Source of the DNA: a virus
Virus record (IMG/VR): IMGVR_UViG_3300029267_003532
Location: 1 to 64,000 of that record
DNA: 64,000 nt
Strand: one strand, 5' to 3'
The notes under the pieces were generated by a model that was not told the origin of the DNA, did no database searches, and was given only the letters and a program-made list of their open reading frames with translations. The stretch's first letter is position 1; every line of letters starts with the position of its first letter. The position numbers were made by a program, and so were the translations under genes. Below are positions 17,745 to 26,190 of the stretch, in pieces.

Positions 17745-18011
17745 CTACTCTCGCTCGCTCTCAGGCATCTCGTCGGGGTGATCGACCCAGAGCAGGTCGT
17801 TCGGGGTGCAGCCGAGGGCATTGCAGATACGGGTGAGGACAGCCAAAGAGATCATCTGTTGCTCGTTGGTAGCCATCCGAGAGAGAGTACTGGTTGACAC
17901 ATTGGCTTCTTCGCTGAGCATTCGATAGGTCATTCTGACCCCGCGCCGATCGCCGGCTAGGGCCATCCTAGAACGTAGTTGAAACCGTGCTTGCCCCATT
18001 GTTCCCTCCAT
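17745..18011 (-). CDS. XRE-family HTH regulator (YozG-like)
   Basis: YRMLSEEANVSTSTLSRMATN...ICNALGCTPNDLL. Confidence 0.85.
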   Translation of the reverse strand: MEGTMGQARFQLRSRMALAGDRRGVRMTYRMLSEEANVSTSTLSRMATNEQQMISLAVLTRICNALGCTPNDLLWVDHPDEMPESERE

Positions 18012-18034
18012 AAATCATTTACTATGCTGCGTAT

Positions 18035-18144
18035 AGTATACCACGGAAGACGTTACGATGTCAATACGCTACGCCGTCTAATTGTACGGATTTTCCACAT
18101 TTAGCAAACTGACCCTTGACAGAAAGACCAAGATCGAGTATACT
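18035..18144. promoter_or_regulatory. Divergent sigma70 promoters for the xre and sigma genes
   Basis: Minus strand TTGACA-18-TATACT (18064-18035); plus strand TTGACA-17-TATACT (18116-18144). Confidence 0.75.
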
Positions 18145-18300
18145 TATATTGAGTAATTGATACAACGAAGGAAAACGAAGAGGCGAGGTGCTACGAACAC
18201 CTCGCCCCGAATGCCAAAACCTACACTCGCGAAAGTCAGGACTCTGGCAGCCTCATGATACCACGAGAGGCGGTCAGGGTCAAACAACAGGAGGACCCGA

Positions 18301-18843
18301 ATGCTGACCACAGGCCAGCCGCTGACCGCCAATCAGCAAGCAACGCTAGTTGCCCTGCAACCCTATCTGACCCGCATTGCGCACAACATCGTGCGCACCC
18401 ACTACCCCGAGCAAGACGCCGACGAACTGCTCCAAACAATGAACGAAGCCATCTGCGAGCGAGCCGCCCAGGACCCGACCTTCCTCGACCAGACCCCGGG
18501 CTACATCACCCGCGCAGCCGCCTGGGCAGCCCGCAACTACTGCCAGCGCGAGCGCTTTGGCCACAACCTGGTCCCCCAGTCCCTGGACGCCGAAACCGGC
18601 GACGATCACACCCTGGCCGAGACGATCCCCGCGCCCCTCGCCGACCTCGATCTGCCCCTCGACGTCGCTCGCGCCCTGGCCAGGCTCAGTCGCAAGCGCC
18701 AACAGATCGTCGCAATGCTGGCCCAGGGTTTCCAGCGCAAAGAGATCGCCGAGCGCTTTGGCGTCAAATCGCCCAGCCTCACCTGGGACTTGAACAAGAT
18801 CAAGACCGTGCTGCAGCCGGTCTACGCAGCGGTGAGGAGGTAA
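18301..18843 (+). CDS. Phage-encoded sigma70-family (ECF-like) sigma factor
   Basis: Region 2 (DADELLQ...YITRAAAWAARNYCQRE), SLD linker, region 4 HTH (LARLSRKRQQIVAM...KEIAERFGV). Confidence 0.85.
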   Translation: MLTTGQPLTANQQATLVALQPYLTRIAHNIVRTHYPEQDADELLQTMNEAICERAAQDPTFLDQTPGYITRAAAWAARNYCQRERFGHNLVPQSLDAETGDDHTLAETIPAPLADLDLPLDVARALARLSRKRQQIVAMLAQGFQRKEIAERFGVKSPSLTWDLNKIKTVLQPVYAAVRR

Positions 18844-18847
18844 CACG

Positions 18848-19621
18848 ATGGATCAAGTCTACACGTTCACCTTTACATTCAAGGCCAACGGCCAGATTCG
18901 CAAGCAGACCCGCCGCGTGCCCATCGCCGAACTTTGGCAGAAATTTAACCTCGCCGCAGACTGGCGCCGCGAGGGCGTGCCCGAGGAGAACCGCAGGTCA
19001 GAGGTGTATGGCCCCGGTCTCTCCAAGGTCATCTGCGACGAATACGCGCGCCGGCGGCTGCGCGAAATCCTCGAACCGCTGGGCCTCGTGCCGATCGAGC
19101 CAGAGATCATCGGTCTGCTCTGGGCGCGCCTGGCCGGTGAGGATCGCTATCAGCTTTACAAAATTCGCAAAGAAACCGTCGAGCTCGAGGGCTACGAGCG
19201 CCCGCACCTGATCCACCACGGACTGATTCCCGTCTCCGACGACAAGGTCGACGCGGCATTCTGGTGGTCCACCGAGAAATGCTGGCGCGACCTGGGGATC
19301 TGGATCAACGATAGCCCTGGACTGATCATCATGTCGTACGTGAACACAGTCAAGGTCGCGCTTCAGGACATCCCTCACATTGTGCCCCAGTTGGCCGACG
19401 GACAGGTAATCCGCGCATCCGTCCGCTTTGACTACAAGGGCCGGGCCAATCGCTACCCATATATGGTTCCTACCCGGATCAAAACGCGGATCAACGATTT
19501 ACGCGGCCGCTACCCCAACGCGACTGAGGATCTCGCCGTCGTGCCGACATCGATCCTGCATGCGTCGTATGGCTATGGATTGCCCTCGGCATTGAGTCCC
19601 ACACCGGCATTCGCAGGATGA
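18848..19621 (+). CDS. Hypothetical protein
   Basis: GAGGAGG RBS and clean ORF. Confidence 0.7.
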   Translation: MDQVYTFTFTFKANGQIRKQTRRVPIAELWQKFNLAADWRREGVPEENRRSEVYGPGLSKVICDEYARRRLREILEPLGLVPIEPEIIGLLWARLAGEDRYQLYKIRKETVELEGYERPHLIHHGLIPVSDDKVDAAFWWSTEKCWRDLGIWINDSPGLIIMSYVNTVKVALQDIPHIVPQLADGQVIRASVRFDYKGRANRYPYMVPTRIKTRINDLRGRYPNATEDLAVVPTSILHASYGYGLPSALSPTPAFAG

Positions 19622-19710
19622 TATATGGATTCGGATCATAATCCAAATGCCCTTGCTCTATCTTGCCGTTTTTGGTAAGATAGAGTCACAAACAGAACGG
19701 ATGTGCTACT

Positions 19711-20424
19711 ATGACAAAACTACTGATCACCAAACTGCAAAAGCGGCCCGATGGCAACGTCGATCTCTTTGGCCGCGGTCATCGCTACAAAGACACGACC
19801 CTATTTGACGTGTCCGATCTCTTTGAGGTGGGCATTGACCCCGCCGATCTCCAGGTCGGTGTCGAGACGCCATGCCGGTTTTATGCGCACTGTGTCGCGT
19901 CTTCAAAACTGAACAAGAGCGGAAATCCTTACCTAAACGTCGAATACCTGGAGGCTGTTTCCAACGGCAACGGCAACGGCAACGGCCACCAGGCCGCGCC
20001 CGCCGGCGAACTGAACAGCGCCATTTTGGATGAGCTGCGCGCTGTTCACGGCGAACTGACTCAAATGCGCCGGCTGCTCAACCGTGCGTTTGTGGGGCAG
20101 GTCATCGACCCGCCGCTCGTAACGGATGACGACCCAACCGAACCGCCCACGGGTGAGGGAGATAACGACCTCGACGATCCTGACGACGTCCCACGCCCAC
20201 CTGCTACCAGTGCCCAGCCACTCAGCGACGATCAGGCGCGACGCAACTTTTCCAGCCTGGCCGGGCCGGCGATCCGCGAGGGCCAAGTCACGTCGGAGGA
20301 GGTCAATGAACTGGTCAAAGGTGCTATCGCCACAGGTTGGCGCGACGCGCTCGTCGAACTGCAGGCGCTGATTGCGCAGGCTGAGAGTGAGCAGGAACGC
20401 GAACTCGTTGCAGTTTATCCCTAA
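19711..20424 (+). CDS. Hypothetical protein (beta-rich N-terminal domain, acidic linker)
   Basis: Promoter TTGCTC-17-TAAGAT and LexA-like AGAACGGATGTGCT (19694) upstream. Confidence 0.7.
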   Translation: MTKLLITKLQKRPDGNVDLFGRGHRYKDTTLFDVSDLFEVGIDPADLQVGVETPCRFYAHCVASSKLNKSGNPYLNVEYLEAVSNGNGNGNGHQAAPAGELNSAILDELRAVHGELTQMRRLLNRAFVGQVIDPPLVTDDDPTEPPTGEGDNDLDDPDDVPRPPATSAQPLSDDQARRNFSSLAGPAIREGQVTSEEVNELVKGAIATGWRDALVELQALIAQAESEQERELVAVYP

Positions 20425-20448
20425 TTTTCATCGCCCTCATTTGTTATA
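20419..20448 (+). promoter_or_regulatory. Phage-specific promoter, copy 2
   Basis: CCCTAATTT-N12-TTTGTTATA. Confidence 0.75.
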
Positions 20449-20459
20449 TAGACACAACA

Positions 20460-20602
20460 CCTACCCGGTCCGAGACGCGGACTGACCACCGAATCCCCCA
20501 GGGTGGGACCGAGGTACAAGCCAGCAAACGCTGGACAACCTGACTGGCCACGAGCGCGGATTGGACGGCGAGATGACGGAGACCAACGACGGACCGGGTA
20601 GG
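20460..20602 (+). ncRNA. Candidate structured RNA or leader
   Basis: 13-bp perfect closing helix CCTACCCGGTCCG/CGGACCGGGTAGG with internal hairpins; starts just after a promoter. Confidence 0.5.
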
Positions 20603-20616
20603 GGAAAGGGGCTTCA

Positions 20617-20907
20617 ATGCTCATCATCCAATCTGCATGTGCCGAACTGATTGTTAACGTCAAAGACGATGGCTTGACCGACATCGACATGGGTCAGGCT
20701 ATCACGGCCGCAACCGACTACGTCGCCCAACAATTTCCCGGCGAGGATTGGAAACCAGTCGACGTCCAACTCGTCAACTATGATCGCGTTCGGGTCTACT
20801 ATCGTCGTCCGTTTACCGGAGAGTCCGACCTGGATGAAATCAACGCCCACTATGCCCGACTGGCTCGTGTGGGCGACTGCTGCCCGCCCGCTCTGGAGCC
20901 TGCATAG
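20617..20907 (+). CDS. Hypothetical protein
   Basis: AAGGGG RBS. Confidence 0.6.
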   Translation: MLIIQSACAELIVNVKDDGLTDIDMGQAITAATDYVAQQFPGEDWKPVDVQLVNYDRVRVYYRRPFTGESDLDEINAHYARLARVGDCCPPALEPA

Positions 20908-20916
20908 GAGATTCCA

Positions 20917-21552
20917 ATGAAACTTCAAGTTGCACACATCAATCCATCCTCCTACGTCGACGGCCCCGGCCAGCGTGCCGTCCTCTACCTGGCCGGCTGC
21001 CCGATCCGCTGCCCTGGCTGCCAGTCCCCGTATCTCTGGGACGAGAATGCCGGCGCCGCAACGGACGTCGACCAAGTGGCCGCCTGCCTGCTCGACACCG
21101 GTCTGCCGATCACCATCTCCGGCGGCGAGCCCTTCGCCCAGGCACCCGCCGTGGCCGAGTTACTCGTCGATCTGCGCATCCAGCAGCCCGACCTGCACAT
21201 CATCGTCTACACCGGCTTTGTGGTCGAAGACATTCTCGACGCCATAGCTCCCGCGATGCCCGAAGCGTGGGTTATCCTCCACGCCGCCAACGTCCTCGTC
21301 GACGGTCCGTTCCAACCCGAGGACGACCACGACCAGGTGCAGTGGCGCGGCTCCAGTAACCAGCGTCCCATCGACCTGCGCGCGACGTGGGAGCGAGCCT
21401 GGCGTTCCCTGGCCCTACTGGACTGGGATGCGCAGACCCTGACGATCACCGCAGACGGCGACCTGCTCGGCGCCGCCGGCACGATGGACGACCTATTCGG
21501 ATCACCAGCCCTGGTCCCCACGCGTATGTGCGGCCAGGTCAGAACAATCTAG
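20917..21552 (+). CDS. Radical SAM protein, NrdG/activating-enzyme-like
   Basis: DGPGQRAVLYLAGCPIRCPGC, ISGGEPF, VYTGF, LVDGPF, WRGSSNQR; no NrdD in the window. Confidence 0.9.
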   Translation: MKLQVAHINPSSYVDGPGQRAVLYLAGCPIRCPGCQSPYLWDENAGAATDVDQVAACLLDTGLPITISGGEPFAQAPAVAELLVDLRIQQPDLHIIVYTGFVVEDILDAIAPAMPEAWVILHAANVLVDGPFQPEDDHDQVQWRGSSNQRPIDLRATWERAWRSLALLDWDAQTLTITADGDLLGAAGTMDDLFGSPALVPTRMCGQVRTI

Positions 21553-21620
21553 CTGTTTCTCCTCCTGTTGGGGGTGCCGGGGGTGGTGTGGCAGCCATTC
21601 CCGGCCCCTCGTATTTTGGC

Positions 21621-21650
21621 CCCTAATTTTGGGGCCGCTCATTTGTTATA
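21621..21650 (+). promoter_or_regulatory. Phage-specific promoter, copy 3
   Basis: CCCTAATTT-N12-TTTGTTATA. Confidence 0.75.
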
Positions 21651-21709
21651 GATATAGATTGTGAACCTAATCTGAATGAGCAACCGAACAGGCCAAACAG
21701 GAGAACAAC

Positions 21710-23008
21710 GTGAGCGTCAAAATCGAGGACAACCCGATGGACACAGCCCAAGTTATTGCCGAAGCCAAGAGCATTATCAACCAGCGCCGCCGCGAGGCCG
21801 CCGAGCGGATGGGGGTGGACGAAAGCAAGGTCCAAACGCACCGCATCGAGCTACGTCGGCTCCGCGAGGCCGGTCTCCTGATTGACCTCGACATCCACGG
21901 CGTCTCGATGTTCAGCGTTCGCACGACCTACGCAGAGCTGGGCATCGGCGCAGAGGACGTCCGTGCCAAGCGGATGCGGGCAGGTACCAAGGACCTCTTT
22001 CCAGAATACAGCAAAAAGCTGCGCTCCCTCGAGGGCCGCGCGCGCCAGAACCTCGCCAAGCATTCACACTCGATCCCGGCCTTCGGCCAGTACCGGTGGC
22101 TTCCGTGGACAGCTTACCAGGCTTACTCGGACAAACACACCCAGATACTCGCCGAGCTCGATGCGACCAAGGCGGAATTGCTCGCCAAGTACGACGAGTT
22201 GCGCGAGGAAAACCGCGCCTACTTTGAGCAGGTCGCCCTGCGCGCCTGGCAGGACCTGCGCGCCGGATTCTCATATCCGGACAGCGGCATGATCGTTACC
22301 ACCGATCATACCGAGTTTGGCCCCGGCGAAGAGGGCAAGTTCGTCGAATACGTGGTTCAAAAAGTCCTTGGCCGGATGCCTCTCCCGGACGAAATCCGCG
22401 ACGGCGTGCGCATCGACTACAAGACCTCGATTCTCTACTCCGAGGCCGAGATCGCCGCCGACCAGTCCGCGCTCGAACAGGCTGAGGCCGAGTACGCGCA
22501 GGCCCGGTTTCAGCACGCGCAAGCCGAACAGGCTGCCTTCGACGTCCACCTCCAAGAGCGCGAGGCCGAGGGCCAAGTCCAAGCTCGCATCGCTGCCTAT
22601 CGCCGGGCCGAGCTCGAGCACGCGCGCCAACAGCTCGCCGAGATGGGCAGCCCCATCCAGGACGCCCTCGACGGCCTGCGTGCCAACTTGTACGACGCTG
22701 TACGCACGCTGCTGGCCGGCCTGCGCAAGAACACCACGTTTCGCGGCAAAGCCGGCTCCAAGGCCGCCGACCTGTATGCGTACTGGCACAAGTTGAACGG
22801 GGGACTGCTCCACGATGCCGACTTGGAGCAAGCCCTGGCCGCCTTGGACGGCGAGATGAAGTCCTACCAGGTCGCCGACAAAGACGCCCGGCAGACGCAG
22901 ATCGGCGACATCGAGACCCAACTCGCCGAGATCGCCGCCCTGACCGCCGAATCCGCGCGCAAGATTCGCAGCGAGTCGGGCAGCAGAGCTTCGGTCCTGG
23001 AATTGTAG
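21710..23008 (+). CDS. DUF3150-like coiled-coil protein
   Basis: LLIDLDIHG...GTKDLFP...ARQNL...FGQYRWLP pattern; ends SRASVLEL. Confidence 0.6.
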   Translation: MSVKIEDNPMDTAQVIAEAKSIINQRRREAAERMGVDESKVQTHRIELRRLREAGLLIDLDIHGVSMFSVRTTYAELGIGAEDVRAKRMRAGTKDLFPEYSKKLRSLEGRARQNLAKHSHSIPAFGQYRWLPWTAYQAYSDKHTQILAELDATKAELLAKYDELREENRAYFEQVALRAWQDLRAGFSYPDSGMIVTTDHTEFGPGEEGKFVEYVVQKVLGRMPLPDEIRDGVRIDYKTSILYSEAEIAADQSALEQAEAEYAQARFQHAQAEQAAFDVHLQEREAEGQVQARIAAYRRAELEHARQQLAEMGSPIQDALDGLRANLYDAVRTLLAGLRKNTTFRGKAGSKAADLYAYWHKLNGGLLHDADLEQALAALDGEMKSYQVADKDARQTQIGDIETQLAEIAALTAESARKIRSESGSRASVLEL

Positions 23009-23010
23009 CG

Positions 23011-23331
23011 ATGATGATCGTATTACGCAACACGACCAGCCGCAAGGACGCGGTGTACATCATTGAGGTGGACGAGGACAACCAAAAGGTGGCCGGTTGG
23101 TGGGGGCGCTGGGACACGTACCAAGCCCACGGCCTGGCTGGCCTGCGCAGTCAGATGAAATGGGACGGGCCATCCTATCAGAACGCGGCGGACAAGCTGC
23201 TGCGCCAAAAGCTAGAAAAAGGATATGTCCCCGTCGATCAACTGCCGGCATCTGTGTCGACGCCCGCGGCGCCCGATCCTAACCCGCCATCGCCCCGCCC
23301 GCGTTCACGGGCGGCAATGCTGGAGCTATAG
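23011..23331 (+). CDS. WGR-domain protein
   Basis: WWGR motif and KLEKGY; Pro-rich linker; ends SRAAMLEL. Confidence 0.7.
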   Translation: MMIVLRNTTSRKDAVYIIEVDEDNQKVAGWWGRWDTYQAHGLAGLRSQMKWDGPSYQNAADKLLRQKLEKGYVPVDQLPASVSTPAAPDPNPPSPRPRSRAAMLEL

Positions 23332-23877
23332 ATGTCAAACCTGGTACAGCTTGATTTCCTGACAATGATCCACTTGCCTCCTGTATGGACAGCGCCAATT
23401 CCCAGTGGATACGGACATTGGTGCTGTCCTCATTGTCACGATGCCGCCAGGGGATTTGAAGCCCCTTTATCGTTCCCTGCCACAAACAATCGCCAAATAG
23501 GTCAGTGCCGAACCTGTAACTATGAACATCACTTCAGCCTGCTTTATGGTCAAACTCCAAACGGGTATCCTGAGACGCGCATGGATTTAGAGCAGGCCCA
23601 TATCGCAGCTCACATTCGAACCGGGTTCCCCAAGATTTGCCCGGCTGGTCACGCGAATCCCGTTTGTATGGCAAATTGTGAGTCGTGTCCGCACCATCAA
23701 GCTGACGCGCGCTTGCACTGGCGCTGTAACCATCCGGCTTATCAAAAAGCGATTGGTGTACATTGGTGTCTAGGTTGTGGTATGGAACTTGGCCCTTGGG
23801 CAGAGGCTCATAATTGGCATTACTGCGGTGGGCCAACCAACCAATGCATGAGAGATTGGGAGATAACAAATGGATGA
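23332..23877 (+). CDS. Cys/His-rich multi-zinc-finger hypothetical protein
   Basis: Several CxxC motifs; lower GC than neighbours. Confidence 0.5.
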   Translation: MSNLVQLDFLTMIHLPPVWTAPIPSGYGHWCCPHCHDAARGFEAPLSFPATNNRQIGQCRTCNYEHHFSLLYGQTPNGYPETRMDLEQAHIAAHIRTGFPKICPAGHANPVCMANCESCPHHQADARLHWRCNHPAYQKAIGVHWCLGCGMELGPWAEAHNWHYCGGPTNQCMRDWEITNG

Positions 23878-24070
23878 ACGCACTCGCAACCGATTTGCCG
23901 CCAAGTTTGGTCTGCCTGCTGGACAGGTCCGAACGTTCGACGCGTTGACCGCGCACGAAAAAGAGGACGTGCGCCGCTACTACTCCCTCTACAATGCACG
24001 ACACTATGTCTACGCCATCAAGCGCGCTGGCGGATTGGTCGTGAAACGGTTCCGGCTCAATACCGCTTAG
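23870..24070 (+). CDS. Hypothetical protein
   Basis: GGAG RBS. Confidence 0.55.
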   Translation: MDERTRNRFAAKFGLPAGQVRTFDALTAHEKEDVRRYYSLYNARHYVYAIKRAGGLVVKRFRLNTA

Positions 24071-24089
24071 GATCATAATCCAAATCTAT

Positions 24090-24119
24090 CCCTAATTTCT
24101 AGCCTTCCCGTTTGTTATA
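24090..24119 (+). promoter_or_regulatory. Phage-specific promoter, copy 4
   Basis: CCCTAATTT-N12-TTTGTTATA. Confidence 0.75.
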
Positions 24120-24146
24120 TAGGTACAACTACAGGAGGGACAAACG

Positions 24147-25721
24147 ATGAACGTGAACAAACTGACCGCCATTCAACAAGCTGACGTCTTTATCCGCGCT
24201 CGCTACCCTGGGCTCTTTATCCGCTCGCAAGAGGAAGCGCGGGTCGAATCGGCCATTCGCGGCCTACTCGCGACCGGCAAGCACGCCCACAAGGAGGTCT
24301 TGACCTGGACCATCAGCCGGGGTGTGCGCCTGGCCGACGCGCCGGCAGAGGAATACGGGCCAACCGATCCGATCAGCGCCCTGCAGTGGTTCGCCGGTTA
24401 TGGCGTCACCGAGGAAAAGCCCGCCGGCACACCGGCGGTCGCCATCTTCAAGGACCTCGATCCCTATTTCCAAGACCCCCGCGTTGTTCGCGCTCTGCGC
24501 GACCTGATCGCCGACATCACCAGCACCCAGCGCACGCTGATCGTCATTTCCCCAACACCCAACGTGCCCGAATCCTGCAAGCGCCAGGTTGCCATGATCG
24601 ACTGGGCGCTTCCCACGGTCGACGAGCTGGCCGGCATGCTGGGCGACTTTATCGCCGACCTGCCTGACCGCGTACAATGCGACCTGAACGGCGACAAGGA
24701 GCAGGTTGCCAAGGCACTCTGCGGCCTCACCTGGTTTCAGGCCCAGTCGGTACTCGCCACCGCCGTGATTGCCACCGGCAAGCTGGACGGGGCTGCAATC
24801 GAGTTCATCATTTCGGAAAAAGCGCGCCTTGTCCGTGAATCCGGGCTCCTCGAGTTCTACCTGCCCGACAACCTGCCCGACATCGGCGGCCTGGATGAAC
24901 TCAAAACCTACATCTCGCGTAGGCGCCGCTCTTTCACGGACAAGGCCCGCGACTATGGCGTACCCACGCCCAAGGGCTTGCTCCTTGTCGGCGTGCCCGG
25001 CTGCGGCAAATCGCTGGCCTGCAAGTCACTCTCCAAGCTCTGGCGGCTGCCCCTGGTCCGCCTCGACGTCGGCGCGCTAATGGGCTCCCTGGTCGGCCAG
25101 TCAGAGGCCAACCTCCGCCAGGCGCTGCAAGTCGCCGAGTCATCCAGCCCCTGTATCCTCTGGCTGGACGAGATTGAAAAGGGCCTCGCCGGCGTCAAGT
25201 CGAGTGGGCAAACCGATGGCGGGACCACCGCCCGCGTTTTTGGCGCGCTGCTCACCTGGCTCCAGGAAAAGACCGCGCCGGTTTACATGGTCGCAACCAG
25301 CAACGACATCAGCGCGCTGCCGGCAGAGCTGCTGCGCGCCGGACGTTTCGACGAGACCTTTTTCGTAGACCTGCCCAACACGCAGGAACGCCGAGAGATT
25401 TGGACCATCCACGTCGCCAAAGCCGGCCGCAATCCGGCCAACTTTGACCTCGAGGCCTTGGTCCAGGCCAGCGACGGCTATACAGGTGCAGAGATCGAAG
25501 CCGCAGTCGGCGACGCTTTGATCGCCGGTTTTGACCAGGATCGCGAGATCACTACCGGCGACCTGGTCACAGCCATTGCGGGCCGCGTGCCCCTGACCGA
25601 GACGATGGACACGCAGATCAACGCCCTGCGCAAATGGGCTGCCCGGCGCGCCAAGCCGGCCAGCAGCGCCCAAGCCGGCCAGGCCGAGTCCAAGAGCCGC
25701 GCCGCGACACTCGACTTATAG
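24147..25721 (+). CDS. Ycf46-like AAA+ ATPase (SpoVK/Ycf46/Vps4 family)
   Basis: IRARYP...EEAR N-domain, DIGGLDELK, GVPGCGKS, LWLDEIEKG, ELLRAGRFDE, LRKWA; ends SRAATLDL. Confidence 0.92.
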   Translation: MNVNKLTAIQQADVFIRARYPGLFIRSQEEARVESAIRGLLATGKHAHKEVLTWTISRGVRLADAPAEEYGPTDPISALQWFAGYGVTEEKPAGTPAVAIFKDLDPYFQDPRVVRALRDLIADITSTQRTLIVISPTPNVPESCKRQVAMIDWALPTVDELAGMLGDFIADLPDRVQCDLNGDKEQVAKALCGLTWFQAQSVLATAVIATGKLDGAAIEFIISEKARLVRESGLLEFYLPDNLPDIGGLDELKTYISRRRRSFTDKARDYGVPTPKGLLLVGVPGCGKSLACKSLSKLWRLPLVRLDVGALMGSLVGQSEANLRQALQVAESSSPCILWLDEIEKGLAGVKSSGQTDGGTTARVFGALLTWLQEKTAPVYMVATSNDISALPAELLRAGRFDETFFVDLPNTQERREIWTIHVAKAGRNPANFDLEALVQASDGYTGAEIEAAVGDALIAGFDQDREITTGDLVTAIAGRVPLTETMDTQINALRKWAARRAKPASSAQAGQAESKSRAATLDL

Positions 25722-25725
25722 AAAT

Positions 25726-25768
25726 CCCTAATTTTTGGTCTGCCCATTTGTTATATGGGCAGACCAAA
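25726..25768 (+). promoter_or_regulatory. Phage-specific promoter, copy 5, embedded in a 14-bp inverted repeat
   Basis: CCCTAATTT-N12-TTTGTTATA; TTTGGTCTGCCCAT-TTGTTAT-ATGGGCAGACCAAA. Confidence 0.75.
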
Positions 25769-25782
25769 CCAAGGAGGATAAC

Positions 25783-26190
25783 GTGAGCAAATATCGGAAA
25801 CTCAAGACCAAATTCACCAGCCGCGTGCACCTGCGCGAGGCGCTCCAAGCCACCGGCTTGCCTTTCGAAGAGGCCCGGCCTGGTCAGGCCCTGACCCTCA
25901 ACGGATACGGCGGGCAGCGGCGCGAAGCGACCTTTGTAGTCCGCAAGCGGGCGCTGGGCGCACGATACGGCGACTTTGGCTGGCAGTGGGATCCCGCGAC
26001 CAAGGGTTTTACTCAGATTGAGGATGATCTCGACGCCGGCCATCTGCCCGTTCAGCAGAACCTGCAGGCCATCAAGCGCGAGTATGCCTACGCTGCGACC
26101 GTGACACAGGCGAGGGTAAAGGGCTACCAGATTCGTCGCATCGACCTGCCGTCAGGCGAGATTCAAATCCAGGTTACAGGGAGGATCTAA
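25783..26190 (+). CDS. Ycf35/DUF1257-like protein
   Basis: S-x-Y..LKTKF...LREAL...GYGGQ...DFGW...REYA...KGY pattern; follows the Ycf46-like ATPase. Confidence 0.8.
   Translation: MSKYRKLKTKFTSRVHLREALQATGLPFEEARPGQALTLNGYGGQRREATFVVRKRALGARYGDFGWQWDPATKGFTQIEDDLDAGHLPVQQNLQAIKREYAYAATVTQARVKGYQIRRIDLPSGEIQIQVTGRI

Noticed and set aside
17058-17897. Long alternative-frame or antisense ORFs (e.g. 17058-17897, 18255-19211, 36281-37051, 61259-62251)
   Set aside because: Shadow ORFs of well-supported genes in GC-rich or repetitive DNA, with no motifs or RBS
20460-20602. Twister or hammerhead ribozyme, or c-di-AMP riboswitch
   Set aside because: Partial words (GGTACAAGCC, GAATCC) are present, but the required conserved cores are missing
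20917-21552. Functional anaerobic ribonucleotide reductase system
   Set aside because: No NrdD in the window; only the activase-like fold is supported
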